Origin: Myxococcales bacterium
Lineage (GTDB): Bacteria > Desulfobacterota > Binatia > HRBIN30
NCBI GenBank assembly: GCA_037445065.1
Contig: JBBILD010000001.1
Coordinates: 32,001 to 96,000 of the forward strand
Direction: 5' to 3'
Length of the DNA stretch: 64,000 bases
The position numbers and the translations under genes are program-made. Positions 19,744-29,491 of this stretch are shown here, one piece after another. Below the pieces are notes generated by a model. That model did no database searches. It was given only the letters and a program-made list of their open reading frames with translations, and was not told the origin of the DNA. Within the stretch, counting starts at the first letter, position 1. Every line of letters begins with the position of its first letter.

Positions 19744-20676
19744 ATGTTACGGCGGGACGGCACCATTCATTTGCTCGCCACAGTCACTCTCGGCCTGAGC
19801 TTCGTTTTAGTAGCCGTCGGAGGCTTGGTGACGAATACCGGCTCGGCGCTCGCGGTGCCGGATTGGCCGACGACGTTTGGCTACAACATGTTCACTTACC
19901 CGGTTTCCGAGTGGAAAGGCGGGGTGCTGTACGAACACTCTCACCGGTTGTTGGGCAGCGCCGTGGGCTTGTGCACCATTTTGCTAACGATTGCGGCTTG
20001 GCGGTGGGCGACTCGGAGGGTGATTCGGTGGCTTTCGGTCGCGGTCTTGGCCGCCGTCATCGTGCAGGGGGTGCTCGGCGGCCTGCGGGTCGTTCTGCTC
20101 GAGCATTCTCTCGCGATCGTGCACGGTTGCTTTGCGCAAGCCTTTTTGGGTCTGTTGGCTGTGCTGTGGGCTCTCAGCGCCCCTTCGTGGAGGGACAAAC
20201 CGGTTTCTCCCGGGATTGCGCTGAAGCTGAAATGGATTCCGGCGGTGCTGTTCGCTCTCTTCCCCGTGGCTCTATACTCGCAGATCGTGTTGGGGGCTTT
20301 TTTAACCCACAGGGGCGTCTACCTCTGGTATCACATTAGCGGCGCGGGAGTGACGTCCTTGCTGGCGTTTCTTTTGGTTGGTTGGATCTTGAGGGTACGC
20401 TTTGAGGACCCCGCACTCCGCCGCCCTGCCCTAGCGGCGGCGGGGCTGCTCACCCTGCAATTGAGTTTGGGGTTGCTGGCCTACCTTTGGCACTTCGAGG
20501 GTATGCATCAGCGCGTGCCTTTTGAGGCTGGACTTGCGCTTCTAGCTGGGCACCGAATCACCGGCAGCTTGTTATGGGTACTGTCGGTGGTGCTGTGCGT
20601 GCGGTACTTTGGCTCGACTGTTCGCGTACCGCGGGTCGAGCCTCGAATCGGGCTGCGTTCCCCTGTCGGGACATGA
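19744..20676 (+). CDS. ctaA: Heme A synthase (COX15/CtaA family)
   Basis: GGLVT..GS.LAVPDWP, EHSHR, QGVLGG.RV, conserved His residues in TM helices. Confidence 0.9.
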   Translation: MLRRDGTIHLLATVTLGLSFVLVAVGGLVTNTGSALAVPDWPTTFGYNMFTYPVSEWKGGVLYEHSHRLLGSAVGLCTILLTIAAWRWATRRVIRWLSVAVLAAVIVQGVLGGLRVVLLEHSLAIVHGCFAQAFLGLLAVLWALSAPSWRDKPVSPGIALKLKWIPAVLFALFPVALYSQIVLGAFLTHRGVYLWYHISGAGVTSLLAFLLVGWILRVRFEDPALRRPALAAAGLLTLQLSLGLLAYLWHFEGMHQRVPFEAGLALLAGHRITGSLLWVLSVVLCVRYFGSTVRVPRVEPRIGLRSPVGT

Positions 20677-21596
20677 TGGAACCACTCTCTCGGACCGCAG
20701 ATGTCCTCCCAAATGTCGGCCGGCGCCTGCGCAGGCTCTGGGATTTCGTAGAACTCGGTAAACCTAGGCTTATGTTAATGGTGCTGGTGACAACAGGCGT
20801 GGGCTATTACATGGGTGCCGAGTCCTGGGACGCTATAACGGGTTTGGCTCCATTGCTGCTGGGTACCGCACTTTCGGCTTCTGGGGCGTTGGCCCTGAAC
20901 CAGTACATGGAACGCGAAGTCGACGCGCGGATGCCACGCACGAGCACCCGGCCGCTGCCCGCGGGTCGGCTCACGCCAGGAGAGGCCTTCAACTTTGGGT
21001 TCGTTTTAGCCTTGCTGGGGCTCGTCTACTTGGCCGTTGCTTCGGGATGGCTCGTTGCCGTGATTACCGCGACCACCATTTTGAGCTATTTGCTGGCTTA
21101 CACTCCTCTGAAGTTGCGCAGTCCGATGTCGACCATCATCGGGGCCATTCCTGGTGCGCTTCCCCCGGTGGCAGGTTGGGCGGCGGCTCGTGGCGAGGTC
21201 GAATTCGAGGCGGGTATCTTGTTTGCCATTTTGTTCCTTTGGCAACTGCCGCACGCCTTGGCGATTGCGGAATTGTACCGGGACGACTATGCGCGAGCAG
21301 GAATCCAGGTTTTGCCTGTCGTCGAGCACGATGCCGGCGCAACTGCTCGTCAGATGGCCGTCCAAACCCTGGTTCTGGCCGCCGTTGCCCTGCTGCCTTG
21401 GGCAGTCGGGATGACCGGAAGAACGTATGCGGTTGTCGCGGCAAGCGCGGGGGGCATTTTTGCGGCGGCGGCTTTTCGCTGTGTTCGGCATCCTGGGAAC
21501 GCTGCGGCGGCGAAAGCGTTGCTGTTTGTGTCGTTGGCGTATCTTCCTGTGATCCTGTTGGCTATGGCGCTGGATCGCCGCTTGCCGCTCTACTGA
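20673..21596 (+). CDS. ctaB: Protoheme IX farnesyltransferase (heme O synthase)
   Basis: KPR, NQYMERE.D..M.RT..RPLP.G, YTPLK, WQLPH, YRDDY; ATGA overlap with ctaA. Confidence 0.95.
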   Translation: MMEPLSRTADVLPNVGRRLRRLWDFVELGKPRLMLMVLVTTGVGYYMGAESWDAITGLAPLLLGTALSASGALALNQYMEREVDARMPRTSTRPLPAGRLTPGEAFNFGFVLALLGLVYLAVASGWLVAVITATTILSYLLAYTPLKLRSPMSTIIGAIPGALPPVAGWAAARGEVEFEAGILFAILFLWQLPHALAIAELYRDDYARAGIQVLPVVEHDAGATARQMAVQTLVLAAVALLPWAVGMTGRTYAVVAASAGGIFAAAAFRCVRHPGNAAAAKALLFVSLAYLPVILLAMALDRRLPLY

Positions 21597-21673
21597 GATG
21601 GGTGGACGGCTCAGGTTCGGGAACGGGTCCGTTTGAGCGAAGCGCGCGAGAGCTGTTCATTGGGTGCAGGGAA

Positions 21674-22282
21674 GTGCGTAGGCTGTTTTTTCTAGGACTG
21701 TTTCTGCTCTCCGTGGCTGGTCCGCTCTGGGTAGCTTGGCAGCGCGTGAGTTGGTGGGTACGGCCTTCGCTGCCTGTGCTCTCCCACTTGCCGGCAGAGT
21801 TCGAGCTGGTCGATCACGAGGGCCGGCATTTGGGAAGCGGGGAACTGAGAGGCAAGGTTTGGGTAGCCAATTTTATTTTTACGCGTTGCCGGGGGATTTG
21901 CCCAGCGCTGACAACACACATGCGAGCACTGGTCAGTCAGTGTGGTGAGGACCCCGCAGTCTGGTTCGTGTCGGTTTCCGTTGATCCCTCCTACGACACC
22001 CCAGATGTTCTGGCGCGGTACGCTCGGGAGCACGGCGTCCGATCGGACCGTTGGCGTTTTTTCACCGGGGACCGAGAGAAAATCGTCGAACTTGTGCGCC
22101 GAGGCTTTTTGCTCGGTGTCGAGCCGAGTCTGGATCCGAACGAGCCAATTGTGCACAGCAACCGCTTCGCCCTGGTTGATCGCCAGTTGCGGGTCCGAGC
22201 CTATCACCAGCCGACGGAACAAGACTTTGTTCAGGCCGTCTGCGAGGACCTTAGTCGTCTCGTCAATGAGCCGAGTCGCTGA
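21674..22282 (+). CDS. SCO1/SenC copper chaperone
   Basis: FIFTRCRGICP (CxxxC), SVDP.YDTP, IVHS; GTG start estimated. Confidence 0.92.
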   Translation: MRRLFFLGLFLLSVAGPLWVAWQRVSWWVRPSLPVLSHLPAEFELVDHEGRHLGSGELRGKVWVANFIFTRCRGICPALTTHMRALVSQCGEDPAVWFVSVSVDPSYDTPDVLARYAREHGVRSDRWRFFTGDREKIVELVRRGFLLGVEPSLDPNEPIVHSNRFALVDRQLRVRAYHQPTEQDFVQAVCEDLSRLVNEPSR

Positions 22283-24431
22283 CCAGAAAGGCTGCTGATG
22301 GGCGGTACAGCTGCTCGTAATAGTCTCGAACCATGCGGCGGGCGCTGAAGCGGCCGATCAAGGTTCGCATCGAGCGCTTCATTTTTGCGATCCAGCCCGC
22401 AGGCAGGCCTTGGTCGTTTCGCTGATAAAACAGTGGGATTACTTCATCGCGCAAGAGGCGCAGTAGCTCGGAGGCGTCGTGTTCGTCCTGCGAGTGCGGG
22501 TCAGACTCTGGTGAACGAATGGCCCACCCGTTATGGCCGTCGTAAGCCTCGTCCCACCAGCCGTCGAGCACGCTCAAGTTCAGCCCGCCGTTAACTGCCA
22601 CTTTCATTCCGGAGGTGCCGCTCGCCTCCAGCGGCGGCCTGGGGAGATTCAGCCAAAGATCAACTCCGGCGACAATCTGCGCTGCCATTCCGGCATCGTA
22701 GTCTTCGAGAAACACCACACGCCGTCCCACTTCCTGGGCGTTTTTAAGCTGGAAGCGGTTCCGCAAATCCTCCTTGGCTTCGTGATCCGCCGGGTGGGCT
22801 TTACCGGCAAGGATGACCTGGATCGGGGTCTTTTGCAGATCCAGGCTTGTGAACAGTCCATTTTCCGAGAGGCGTGCGAGCAGATAGAGCCGTTTGTAAC
22901 CAACCACACGACGGGCAAACCCAATGGTGAGGGCGTCTGCGCAAAAGGTTTCACAGGCTGCCATTACGTAGCCGGGGTCCTCGCCTCGGCTCAGGCGGTC
23001 CCGCACTGATTTCGTGCGCACGTAATCCACCAAGAGCTTGCGTTGTGCACAGCGTGCCTCCCAGAGTTCCGCATCAGGAATCTCTTCAATTTTCTCCAGC
23101 ACACTTGGATCCAGACAACGCTGTTCCCAGTCCTCGCCGAGGTATTTGCGAAGTAATGCCTGCACCGATGCACCCATCCACGTGAGGGAGTGCACCCCGT
23201 TTGTGACATGACCGATGGGCACCCGATCCACGCTCGCCTCAGGCCAGAGGGTGCGCCAGAGTTGGCGCGACACGGCGCCATGTTTCTTCGACACGCCGAC
23301 GGCCTTTTCGGAAAGCCGCAAAGCGAGGGGCGTAATGCTGACCGTTTCTTCGCCGCTGCCGGGCGTAATGCGGCCCAGGTCCAAGAAGCTTTGTTCCGGA
23401 ATTCTTGCTGCTTTGAGATAAGCTCCAAGTGCTGCAACCCACTCGTGTGGGTGATACCCTTCGTTGCCCGCTGGCACGGGAGTGTGGGTGGTGAACACGG
23501 TTTCTTTCCGAACCCCAGCGAGCGCGACCTCAAATGAGGCGCCTTGCTGGATGCGCTGGCGTATTCGTTCGATTGCGCTCAGCGCAGCGTGGCCTTCGTT
23601 GAGGTGAATCACAGCTGGCTCGATGCCCATGGCGGAGAGGGCACGAACTCCACCGATGCCAAGCAACGCGTACTGCGCGAGCCGAAGCTGGCGGTCGCTC
23701 ACGTAGAGGCGTGACGTGATCCAGCGGTCCGCGGGGTGATTCCGCTCGTGGTCCGCGTCAAGGAGGTAAAGGCGGGTCCGGCCGACATCGATGCGCCAGA
23801 TGTACGCAGAGACGTCGCGACCGCGAATGGGCACGACGATTTCGAGTGGTTGCCCGTCGGCGTCGGTGACCCGCACAGCGGGAAGGCGTTCGAACAACAG
23901 GTCAACCCAATACTCGTGCTGCCAGCCCCAGGGGTCCAGTCGCTGGTGAAAGTACCCCTGCCGGTAGAATAGGCCGACCCCGACGAACGGTAACCGTAAA
24001 TCCGAGGCAGCTTTCAAAATGTCCCCAGCAAGCACGCCGAGACCACCGCTGTAAATAGGTACCGATTCATGAAAGCCGAACTCTGCGCAGAAGTAAGCAA
24101 TCGGCCGAAGTACTCCCTCCTTGCCCGTTTGCAGGGAGGGGAGGTCGGAACGACAGGCGTCAAACAGCGCGCTGACTCGTGCCACGAACTGAGGGTCCCG
24201 CGCCAGCGCGCGCAATCGAGCGACATCGGCAAGCATCAGGAGTTTGCGAGGATTACGCTTGCAGTGCAACCAAAGACGCTGGTCCAACTGAGCGAAAGTT
24301 TCTTCTCCCCCGGGCGCCCAGCTCCACCGATAATTCATCGCGAGATCAGCCAGGTGAGCGAACTCCGAAGGCAACCGCTCGCGCAGGTCTTGGATTGCAG
24401 CCACGATGTCTCGTGTTCCATCGTTTCTCAT
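22263..24431 (-). CDS. glgP: Alpha-glucan (glycogen/maltodextrin) phosphorylase
   Basis: YSGGLGVLAGD, HLNEGH, FTTHTPV, EASGTSGMK (PLP Lys); GGAGG RBS before ATG 24431. Confidence 0.95.
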   Translation of the reverse strand: MRNDGTRDIVAAIQDLRERLPSEFAHLADLAMNYRWSWAPGGEETFAQLDQRLWLHCKRNPRKLLMLADVARLRALARDPQFVARVSALFDACRSDLPSLQTGKEGVLRPIAYFCAEFGFHESVPIYSGGLGVLAGDILKAASDLRLPFVGVGLFYRQGYFHQRLDPWGWQHEYWVDLLFERLPAVRVTDADGQPLEIVVPIRGRDVSAYIWRIDVGRTRLYLLDADHERNHPADRWITSRLYVSDRQLRLAQYALLGIGGVRALSAMGIEPAVIHLNEGHAALSAIERIRQRIQQGASFEVALAGVRKETVFTTHTPVPAGNEGYHPHEWVAALGAYLKAARIPEQSFLDLGRITPGSGEETVSITPLALRLSEKAVGVSKKHGAVSRQLWRTLWPEASVDRVPIGHVTNGVHSLTWMGASVQALLRKYLGEDWEQRCLDPSVLEKIEEIPDAELWEARCAQRKLLVDYVRTKSVRDRLSRGEDPGYVMAACETFCADALTIGFARRVVGYKRLYLLARLSENGLFTSLDLQKTPIQVILAGKAHPADHEAKEDLRNRFQLKNAQEVGRRVVFLEDYDAGMAAQIVAGVDLWLNLPRPPLEASGTSGMKVAVNGGLNLSVLDGWWDEAYDGHNGWAIRSPESDPHSQDEHDASELLRLLRDEVIPLFYQRNDQGLPAGWIAKMKRSMRTLIGRFSARRMVRDYYEQLYRPSAAFLVSDSAH

Positions 24432-24781
24432 CGTTGCCTCCCAGACCCCAGCTTCCGCCGATGGATGCTGGTCTCCGCCGTAGGCGGAGACCCAAAGCTG
24501 CAACAGGATCTCATTCCGGTAACATGTTGCAGTGTGCCTGGATGGCGGCGCTGACACAAGCGCTTTCTCAGCCGGCTTATCCGGGTAACCTCGGTCACCG
24601 TCGCTTGCAACGCGTCGTGCACTCGGGGTGTCATGCGGGCGGGTATGTTTTCGTCGTTCGGCGCCAACCGCGTCATCGTTTTGTCGGGCGTGCCCCTCGT
24701 GGCTCGACGTTGCCTCGGGCTCCGCGCCCACTTGGCTTTGGAACGTGGCTTGAATCACCTGTTTTCGTTTCGGGGCAAGCG

Positions 24782-27175
24782 ATGATCGGCGCTAATCGGG
24801 AGAGGGAAGCGCGCGTTGAGCGTTGGATGGTGGGAGTGGGTTGGTTTTTTGCGTGGATCCTTCCTGGCGTGGTCGCGGCACAACTCGCGGATTTGCAGAT
24901 ATGGAAGTCTGACGGCGTCGCCACCGCCGTGCCAGGGCAGCCTATCACATACACGGTTACCGTCACGAATGCTGGACCTGATCCCGCTTTGGGGGCAATC
25001 GTGAGCGATGTCTTTCCCGCCGCTTTGGTGGGGGTGGTCTGGACGTGCTCCGCGTCTCCTGGCTCCAGCTGCACGCCCGTAGGCAGTGGAAACATCAGTG
25101 ACGCCGTTGATGTGTTGGTGGGTGGGACCCTGACTTACACCGTCAATGGGACCATTGACCCGGGAGCGACTGGGTCTATCTCGAACACCGCGACGGTTAC
25201 GGTGCTTGCGCCGGCGACCGACCCCATGCCCTCCAATAACTCCAGTACAGACACCGACCTCCTGACGCCGCAGGCCGACCTAGGCGTTACGAAGACCGAC
25301 TTTTCCTCTTCTGCCGTTCCTGGGACTTGGGTGACCTACACAGTGACGGTGGTGAACAATGGGCCGAGCCACGCCACCGGTGCCCAAGTAATCGACTCCT
25401 TTCCCCCTGAGCTTCAGTCGATCACTTGGACCTGCGCCGCCACTCCGGGATCCTCGTGCTCTTCCTCGGGCTCTGGAAACATCTCGGACACGGTGACCAT
25501 CCGCGCTTCCGGTGCGCTTACGTATTCGATTTCCGCATGGATCGATCCGGCGGCGACGGGCGTGTTAGTCAACTCGGCAAGTGTAAACCCGCCCCCAGGG
25601 GTCTCCGATCCGGGCCCGTCGGCGAATTCAGACACGGACACGACCCTGCTTACGCCGCAGGCAAATTTGGCGGTGAGTAAAACGAATGGTACCAGCTCCG
25701 TAACCGCTGGTCTCACCACGACGTATCAAATCCTAATTACCAATACGGGTCCGAGTGATGCTCCAGGCACAGCGGTGCAAGACTTCTTCCCCTCCGAGAT
25801 CTCTTCTGCGGCTTGGTCATGCGTGGCTGCGGGAGGTGCGAGCTGCACTCCTTCTGGGACTGGGGACATCGACGAGCTTGTCGATTTACCTGCGGGCAGT
25901 TCCGTGTTGTTCACTGTGGTCGCGTCGGTCGACCCGTGTGCATCCGGTTTCGTCACGAACGGCGTGGACGTGGTTCCAGACTTTTCCGTTGTTGATCCTG
26001 ACACCGCGGACAATTCTAGTTCTGACACGGACTCTATCATCCAAACTGCGGATCTGGCTTTGTCCGTGTCCGACTCGCCCGATCCCGTGCTTGTGTGTAA
26101 TTTGCTCAGTTACCAAATCACGGTACGCAACATCGGCCCCTCATGTGCAAGCGGCATCGCTGTCACCAACACCTTGCCTGCAGGAGTCCCGTTTCTCGGC
26201 ACCAGTGGCTCATGCAGTGTTTCGGGGGCTTCCCAGAACTGCTTAGTGAACGATCTCGCGCCGGGCGACGTAAACACCTTCGTGATCCAAGGCTTGGTGG
26301 ACCGTTCCCTACGAGGAGCGGTGGTGGTCGATCAGACCGCGGTTACCTCGGTGACTTCTGACCCGGTAGCGGCAAACAACGCAATCGCCACGACCACCGA
26401 GATTAAACCGCGCGACCCGTACACGATCAGCTTGACTGCTGCGCCGAGATACTTGCGGATTGGGGGGCAAAGCCGGGCCCGTTATCGAGTACGTGTTGCC
26501 AGTTTGTGTGACCCGATGGTGGATTCCGAAGACGTGCTGGTCCGCAGCGTATTGCCTGTCGGATTATCGTTCCGCGGTGCCGAACCGCTGCCTACCTCTT
26601 CAGACGAAGCCGGCGCGGAATTTGAGTTCCCTCTCCTAGCGGGGGGAGAGTCCGTTGATTTGGAAATAGAGGCCGAGCTGAACGAAGACGCGGAGCCGGG
26701 AGCCGAGTTAGTGCACTCGGTTCAGGTAGTAGATTCGCTCGGTCTGGGGGAGACCGCCTCGCAAGTGCTTTACGTTCGCCCGCTCCCAGACGTGCGCGGC
26801 AGGTTAGTGGTAAAGTTAGCCGTACCACGTAAGATTTCGGCTGGCGTGCAACTCCCCTCGCGTCTCGTCGTTGACAACAAGAGTGGGATACCGGCGGAAG
26901 ACGTAGAGGCGATTTTGGTTTTGCCGTCCGAACTCACTTTAGTCTTGGCCGTCCCCCCGCCGAACTTTGAACTCGACTTTGGTGAACTGCGCGAGCTTCA
27001 TTGGAACTTCCCGGCTGTGAAGCGTAAGCAAGTCATTCGATTATGGCACCTTTTGCCCGCTGATTTATTCCCCGGGGAGGTACTGAACTTCGTTGCCGAA
27101 GTTGAGGATTCCGACGGGAACTTGGCGAGCAATCGGCGAGACGTGAGCATCCGAATGCCGCCCCGCGCTCGTTGA
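24782..27175 (+). CDS. Secreted/surface DUF11 repeat protein
   Basis: Signal peptide; repeated ADL...K.D...PG..TYTVTV.N.GP units. Confidence 0.9.
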   Translation: MIGANREREARVERWMVGVGWFFAWILPGVVAAQLADLQIWKSDGVATAVPGQPITYTVTVTNAGPDPALGAIVSDVFPAALVGVVWTCSASPGSSCTPVGSGNISDAVDVLVGGTLTYTVNGTIDPGATGSISNTATVTVLAPATDPMPSNNSSTDTDLLTPQADLGVTKTDFSSSAVPGTWVTYTVTVVNNGPSHATGAQVIDSFPPELQSITWTCAATPGSSCSSSGSGNISDTVTIRASGALTYSISAWIDPAATGVLVNSASVNPPPGVSDPGPSANSDTDTTLLTPQANLAVSKTNGTSSVTAGLTTTYQILITNTGPSDAPGTAVQDFFPSEISSAAWSCVAAGGASCTPSGTGDIDELVDLPAGSSVLFTVVASVDPCASGFVTNGVDVVPDFSVVDPDTADNSSSDTDSIIQTADLALSVSDSPDPVLVCNLLSYQITVRNIGPSCASGIAVTNTLPAGVPFLGTSGSCSVSGASQNCLVNDLAPGDVNTFVIQGLVDRSLRGAVVVDQTAVTSVTSDPVAANNAIATTTEIKPRDPYTISLTAAPRYLRIGGQSRARYRVRVASLCDPMVDSEDVLVRSVLPVGLSFRGAEPLPTSSDEAGAEFEFPLLAGGESVDLEIEAELNEDAEPGAELVHSVQVVDSLGLGETASQVLYVRPLPDVRGRLVVKLAVPRKISAGVQLPSRLVVDNKSGIPAEDVEAILVLPSELTLVLAVPPPNFELDFGELRELHWNFPAVKRKQVIRLWHLLPADLFPGEVLNFVAEVEDSDGNLASNRRDVSIRMPPRAR

Positions 27176-27269
27176 TCCTTTTGGACGCGTCCGTTCAAGC
27201 AGGCCTTCGGCTTTCCCGAGTGCGGCATACCTTCGGAGTTTGAGCGTTGTCTTGTCAGAAGGTGGGCCG

Positions 27270-27284
27270 TGGCAAGGCAATTGC
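27270..27284 (+). promoter_or_regulatory. sigma54 (-24/-12) promoter TGGCAAGGCAATTGC
   Basis: GG-N10-GC spacing with TGGCA and TTGC boxes, 27 nt upstream of the CBS gene start. Confidence 0.65.
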
Positions 27285-27311
27285 GTGTACTCGGAGCATG
27301 AGGACGAGCCG

Positions 27312-27866
27312 ATGCGAGTGAGAGATTGGATGACCCGTAACCCGATCACGGTGCAGGCTAGGGATCCTGTGCGACAGGCCGCCACCTTATTGGCTTCTAG
27401 GCGCGTGAACCAGCTCCCGGTGCTGGCAGGCGACCGCTTGGTCGGCATCATAACCGAGCGGGACATTCGCGAGGCTGTTTTCTGTTTGCTACCGGAGTGG
27501 AACTACGAACACCGAGAGACGTCTGTCCTGGATCTACGCGTGGAAGCAGTCATGACTCCCCACGTGCTCGTGGTGCAAGCTCAAGACGACCTGGTGCGAG
27601 CTGCCCGCCTGATGCGGCGGGAACGCTTGAACGCCCTTCCTGTGATGGATAGGCACCGTTTGGTTGGGATTTTGACCGGTTCAGACCTCGCCGTGGCGTT
27701 GATCAGTCTTTTATCGGCGGAGAGGCAGGCAGGGGGCGAGGGTCTCCGTGACGGAGGGTTCGGGGCACGGCATGACTCAAGGGGCGAAGCAAGCCTAGAA
27801 GGCGCATCATCGGCGGGTTACGCGGAGGAGGCTGGTTGCACCGGTCTTGGAAGAGGAGCTTCATGA
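27312..27866 (+). CDS. CBS domain pair protein (AcuB-like)
   Basis: VRDWMT, LPV...LVGIITERDI, VEAVMT, LPV...LVGILT.SD. Confidence 0.9.
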   Translation: MRVRDWMTRNPITVQARDPVRQAATLLASRRVNQLPVLAGDRLVGIITERDIREAVFCLLPEWNYEHRETSVLDLRVEAVMTPHVLVVQAQDDLVRAARLMRRERLNALPVMDRHRLVGILTGSDLAVALISLLSAERQAGGEGLRDGGFGARHDSRGEASLEGASSAGYAEEAGCTGLGRGAS

Positions 27867-27879
27867 CAGGAGGCATTAC

Positions 27880-28092
27880 ATGTCGAGAACCATGGCGGAT
27901 ATCGGTTTGGCCGCGGGAGATGTTTGGCGCTGTTTGGCGGAACATGGTCCAGCATCTGCCGACGTTGTGAAGCGGCGAACGAAGCTGGGTAGTAACGTTT
28001 TTTACGCAGCTGTGGGCTGGTTGGCACGCGAAGACAAATTGACGATCCGTGAAGAAGGTCGGAAATTGATTCTGGAGCTGAAAAACGCCTAA
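27880..28092 (+). CDS. Small winged-helix protein (DUF2582 family)
   Basis: IG.AAG.VW..L...AVGWLAREDK; AGGAGG RBS. Confidence 0.85.
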   Translation: MSRTMADIGLAAGDVWRCLAEHGPASADVVKRRTKLGSNVFYAAVGWLAREDKLTIREEGRKLILELKNA

Positions 28093-28113
28093 CCGAGTTT
28101 CGCACGCACCATG

Positions 28114-29436
28114 TTACGGCTTTGCCGCGGGCAGGGATAGAATGAAGGTAGAACCCACCCCGAGGGTGCTCTCGACGGTGAGTTCGCCACCCATGGCCGT
28201 CGCCAGGCGTGCCGAAAGTGCTAGGCCAATTCCGACCCCACCCGCCTGGTGACCCGCTGCCCCCTGCCGGAAAGGTTCAAAAAGATGGGGGAGCTCTTCC
28301 GCACGGATGCCAGGGCCGGTATCGCGGACAAAGATTTGAACTTGGCCGTTATGACCAGTTTGTGCGCTGAGGGTGATCTGACCGCGTTCGGTGAATTTCG
28401 CGGCGTTGGAAAGCAAGTTCAGAAGGATCTGCTCCAGCCGGTGTGGGTCTGCTCGGACAAACAGGTCACCCGCTGGGCTCACCTCGAATCGTACAGGCTT
28501 TCCACTGAGGCGTGGCTCGATAAAGGTCCGCATTTCCTGGAAGATAGGATCGAGGGCAACCCGCGAGGTCTTAATCGCAAGCTTGCCAGCTTCGATTCGC
28601 GACAAATCTAACAAGTCGGCGATCAAAAAGACCAGCGTACGCGACGTCCGCGCGATGCGCTCGACCGCGTCGCGCGCTTCCGCGCTGAGCGGGCCAAACT
28701 CTCCCTCAGCCAACAGGTCTACGTAGCCGGTGATGATGTTTAAAGGCGTGCGCAGTTCGTGCGAGACACTGGCTAAGAATTCGTTTTTCGCGGCGTTTGC
28801 CTGCTGCAAGGCTCGGTTGGCTTGCTCCAAAGCCTCGTTGGAACGTCGTAGTTCGGCCGCCTGCAGATAGAGAGCTTGCCGTTGGTGATCGAGAAAAGCT
28901 GCGCCCAGTACCGTGAGAATGCCTATCGCCACCAGCCCGAGCAGATGCATGCTAGCCGGGACGAGAGGTTGGGCCCCCGCAGCCAACGCCAACCCAAAGC
29001 CGGCGACACCCGCTCCCGAAACGAAACTCTGGGCGCGCCACCCCCAGGGCATCGATACCATCGAACCCACAAGGACGTAGAGGAGCGCGAGCGCCAGCAC
29101 GTCGCCTGTGGAGCGGACGATTATGTGATAAGCGGTGATGCACGCGATCAAGGCTACCGCCGCGACTGTAGCGACCAAGCGCGCATGGTTTTGAAAACGG
29201 TGCGGACGTACCAGCGATCCGGCCGCCGCGAGCACAGCGAGTTCGACGCCGTAGAGAATCGCGTACACCGTATCTCGATCGGGGAATGCACGGTGTTCAA
29301 GAACCCAGGCAAGTCCCAGAACCGCTGCGAACGCCAGAGCTGCAGCCGGAAGTCGCTCCGCGACCCTACGGTTTACGTCAGCCATGTAGGATGCGGTAAG
29401 TTCCGCTTCGGCCCGCACGTGACGTTTATAATCCAT
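28114..29436 (-). CDS. Membrane sensor histidine kinase (orphan)
   Basis: 5-6 TM helices; SHELRTPL H-box, NLLSNAAKFT, DTGPGI, GVGIGL. Confidence 0.93.
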   Translation of the reverse strand: MDYKRHVRAEAELTASYMADVNRRVAERLPAAALAFAAVLGLAWVLEHRAFPDRDTVYAILYGVELAVLAAAGSLVRPHRFQNHARLVATVAAVALIACITAYHIIVRSTGDVLALALLYVLVGSMVSMPWGWRAQSFVSGAGVAGFGLALAAGAQPLVPASMHLLGLVAIGILTVLGAAFLDHQRQALYLQAAELRRSNEALEQANRALQQANAAKNEFLASVSHELRTPLNIITGYVDLLAEGEFGPLSAEARDAVERIARTSRTLVFLIADLLDLSRIEAGKLAIKTSRVALDPIFQEMRTFIEPRLSGKPVRFEVSPAGDLFVRADPHRLEQILLNLLSNAAKFTERGQITLSAQTGHNGQVQIFVRDTGPGIRAEELPHLFEPFRQGAAGHQAGGVGIGLALSARLATAMGGELTVESTLGVGSTFILSLPAAKP

Positions 29437-29491
29437 CGGTTGCGGTGGTGCCAACGGAAGGCAAAGGAAACGGGATGCTTGGAGGCTGCTC

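Noticed and set aside
21047..21673. Long N-terminal extensions in the ORF track (SCO from 21047, DUF11 from 24179, glgP from 24758, nth from 11815, phasin from 45266)
   Set aside because: They overlap other genes or a tRNA; downstream starts with RBS or signal peptides fit better.
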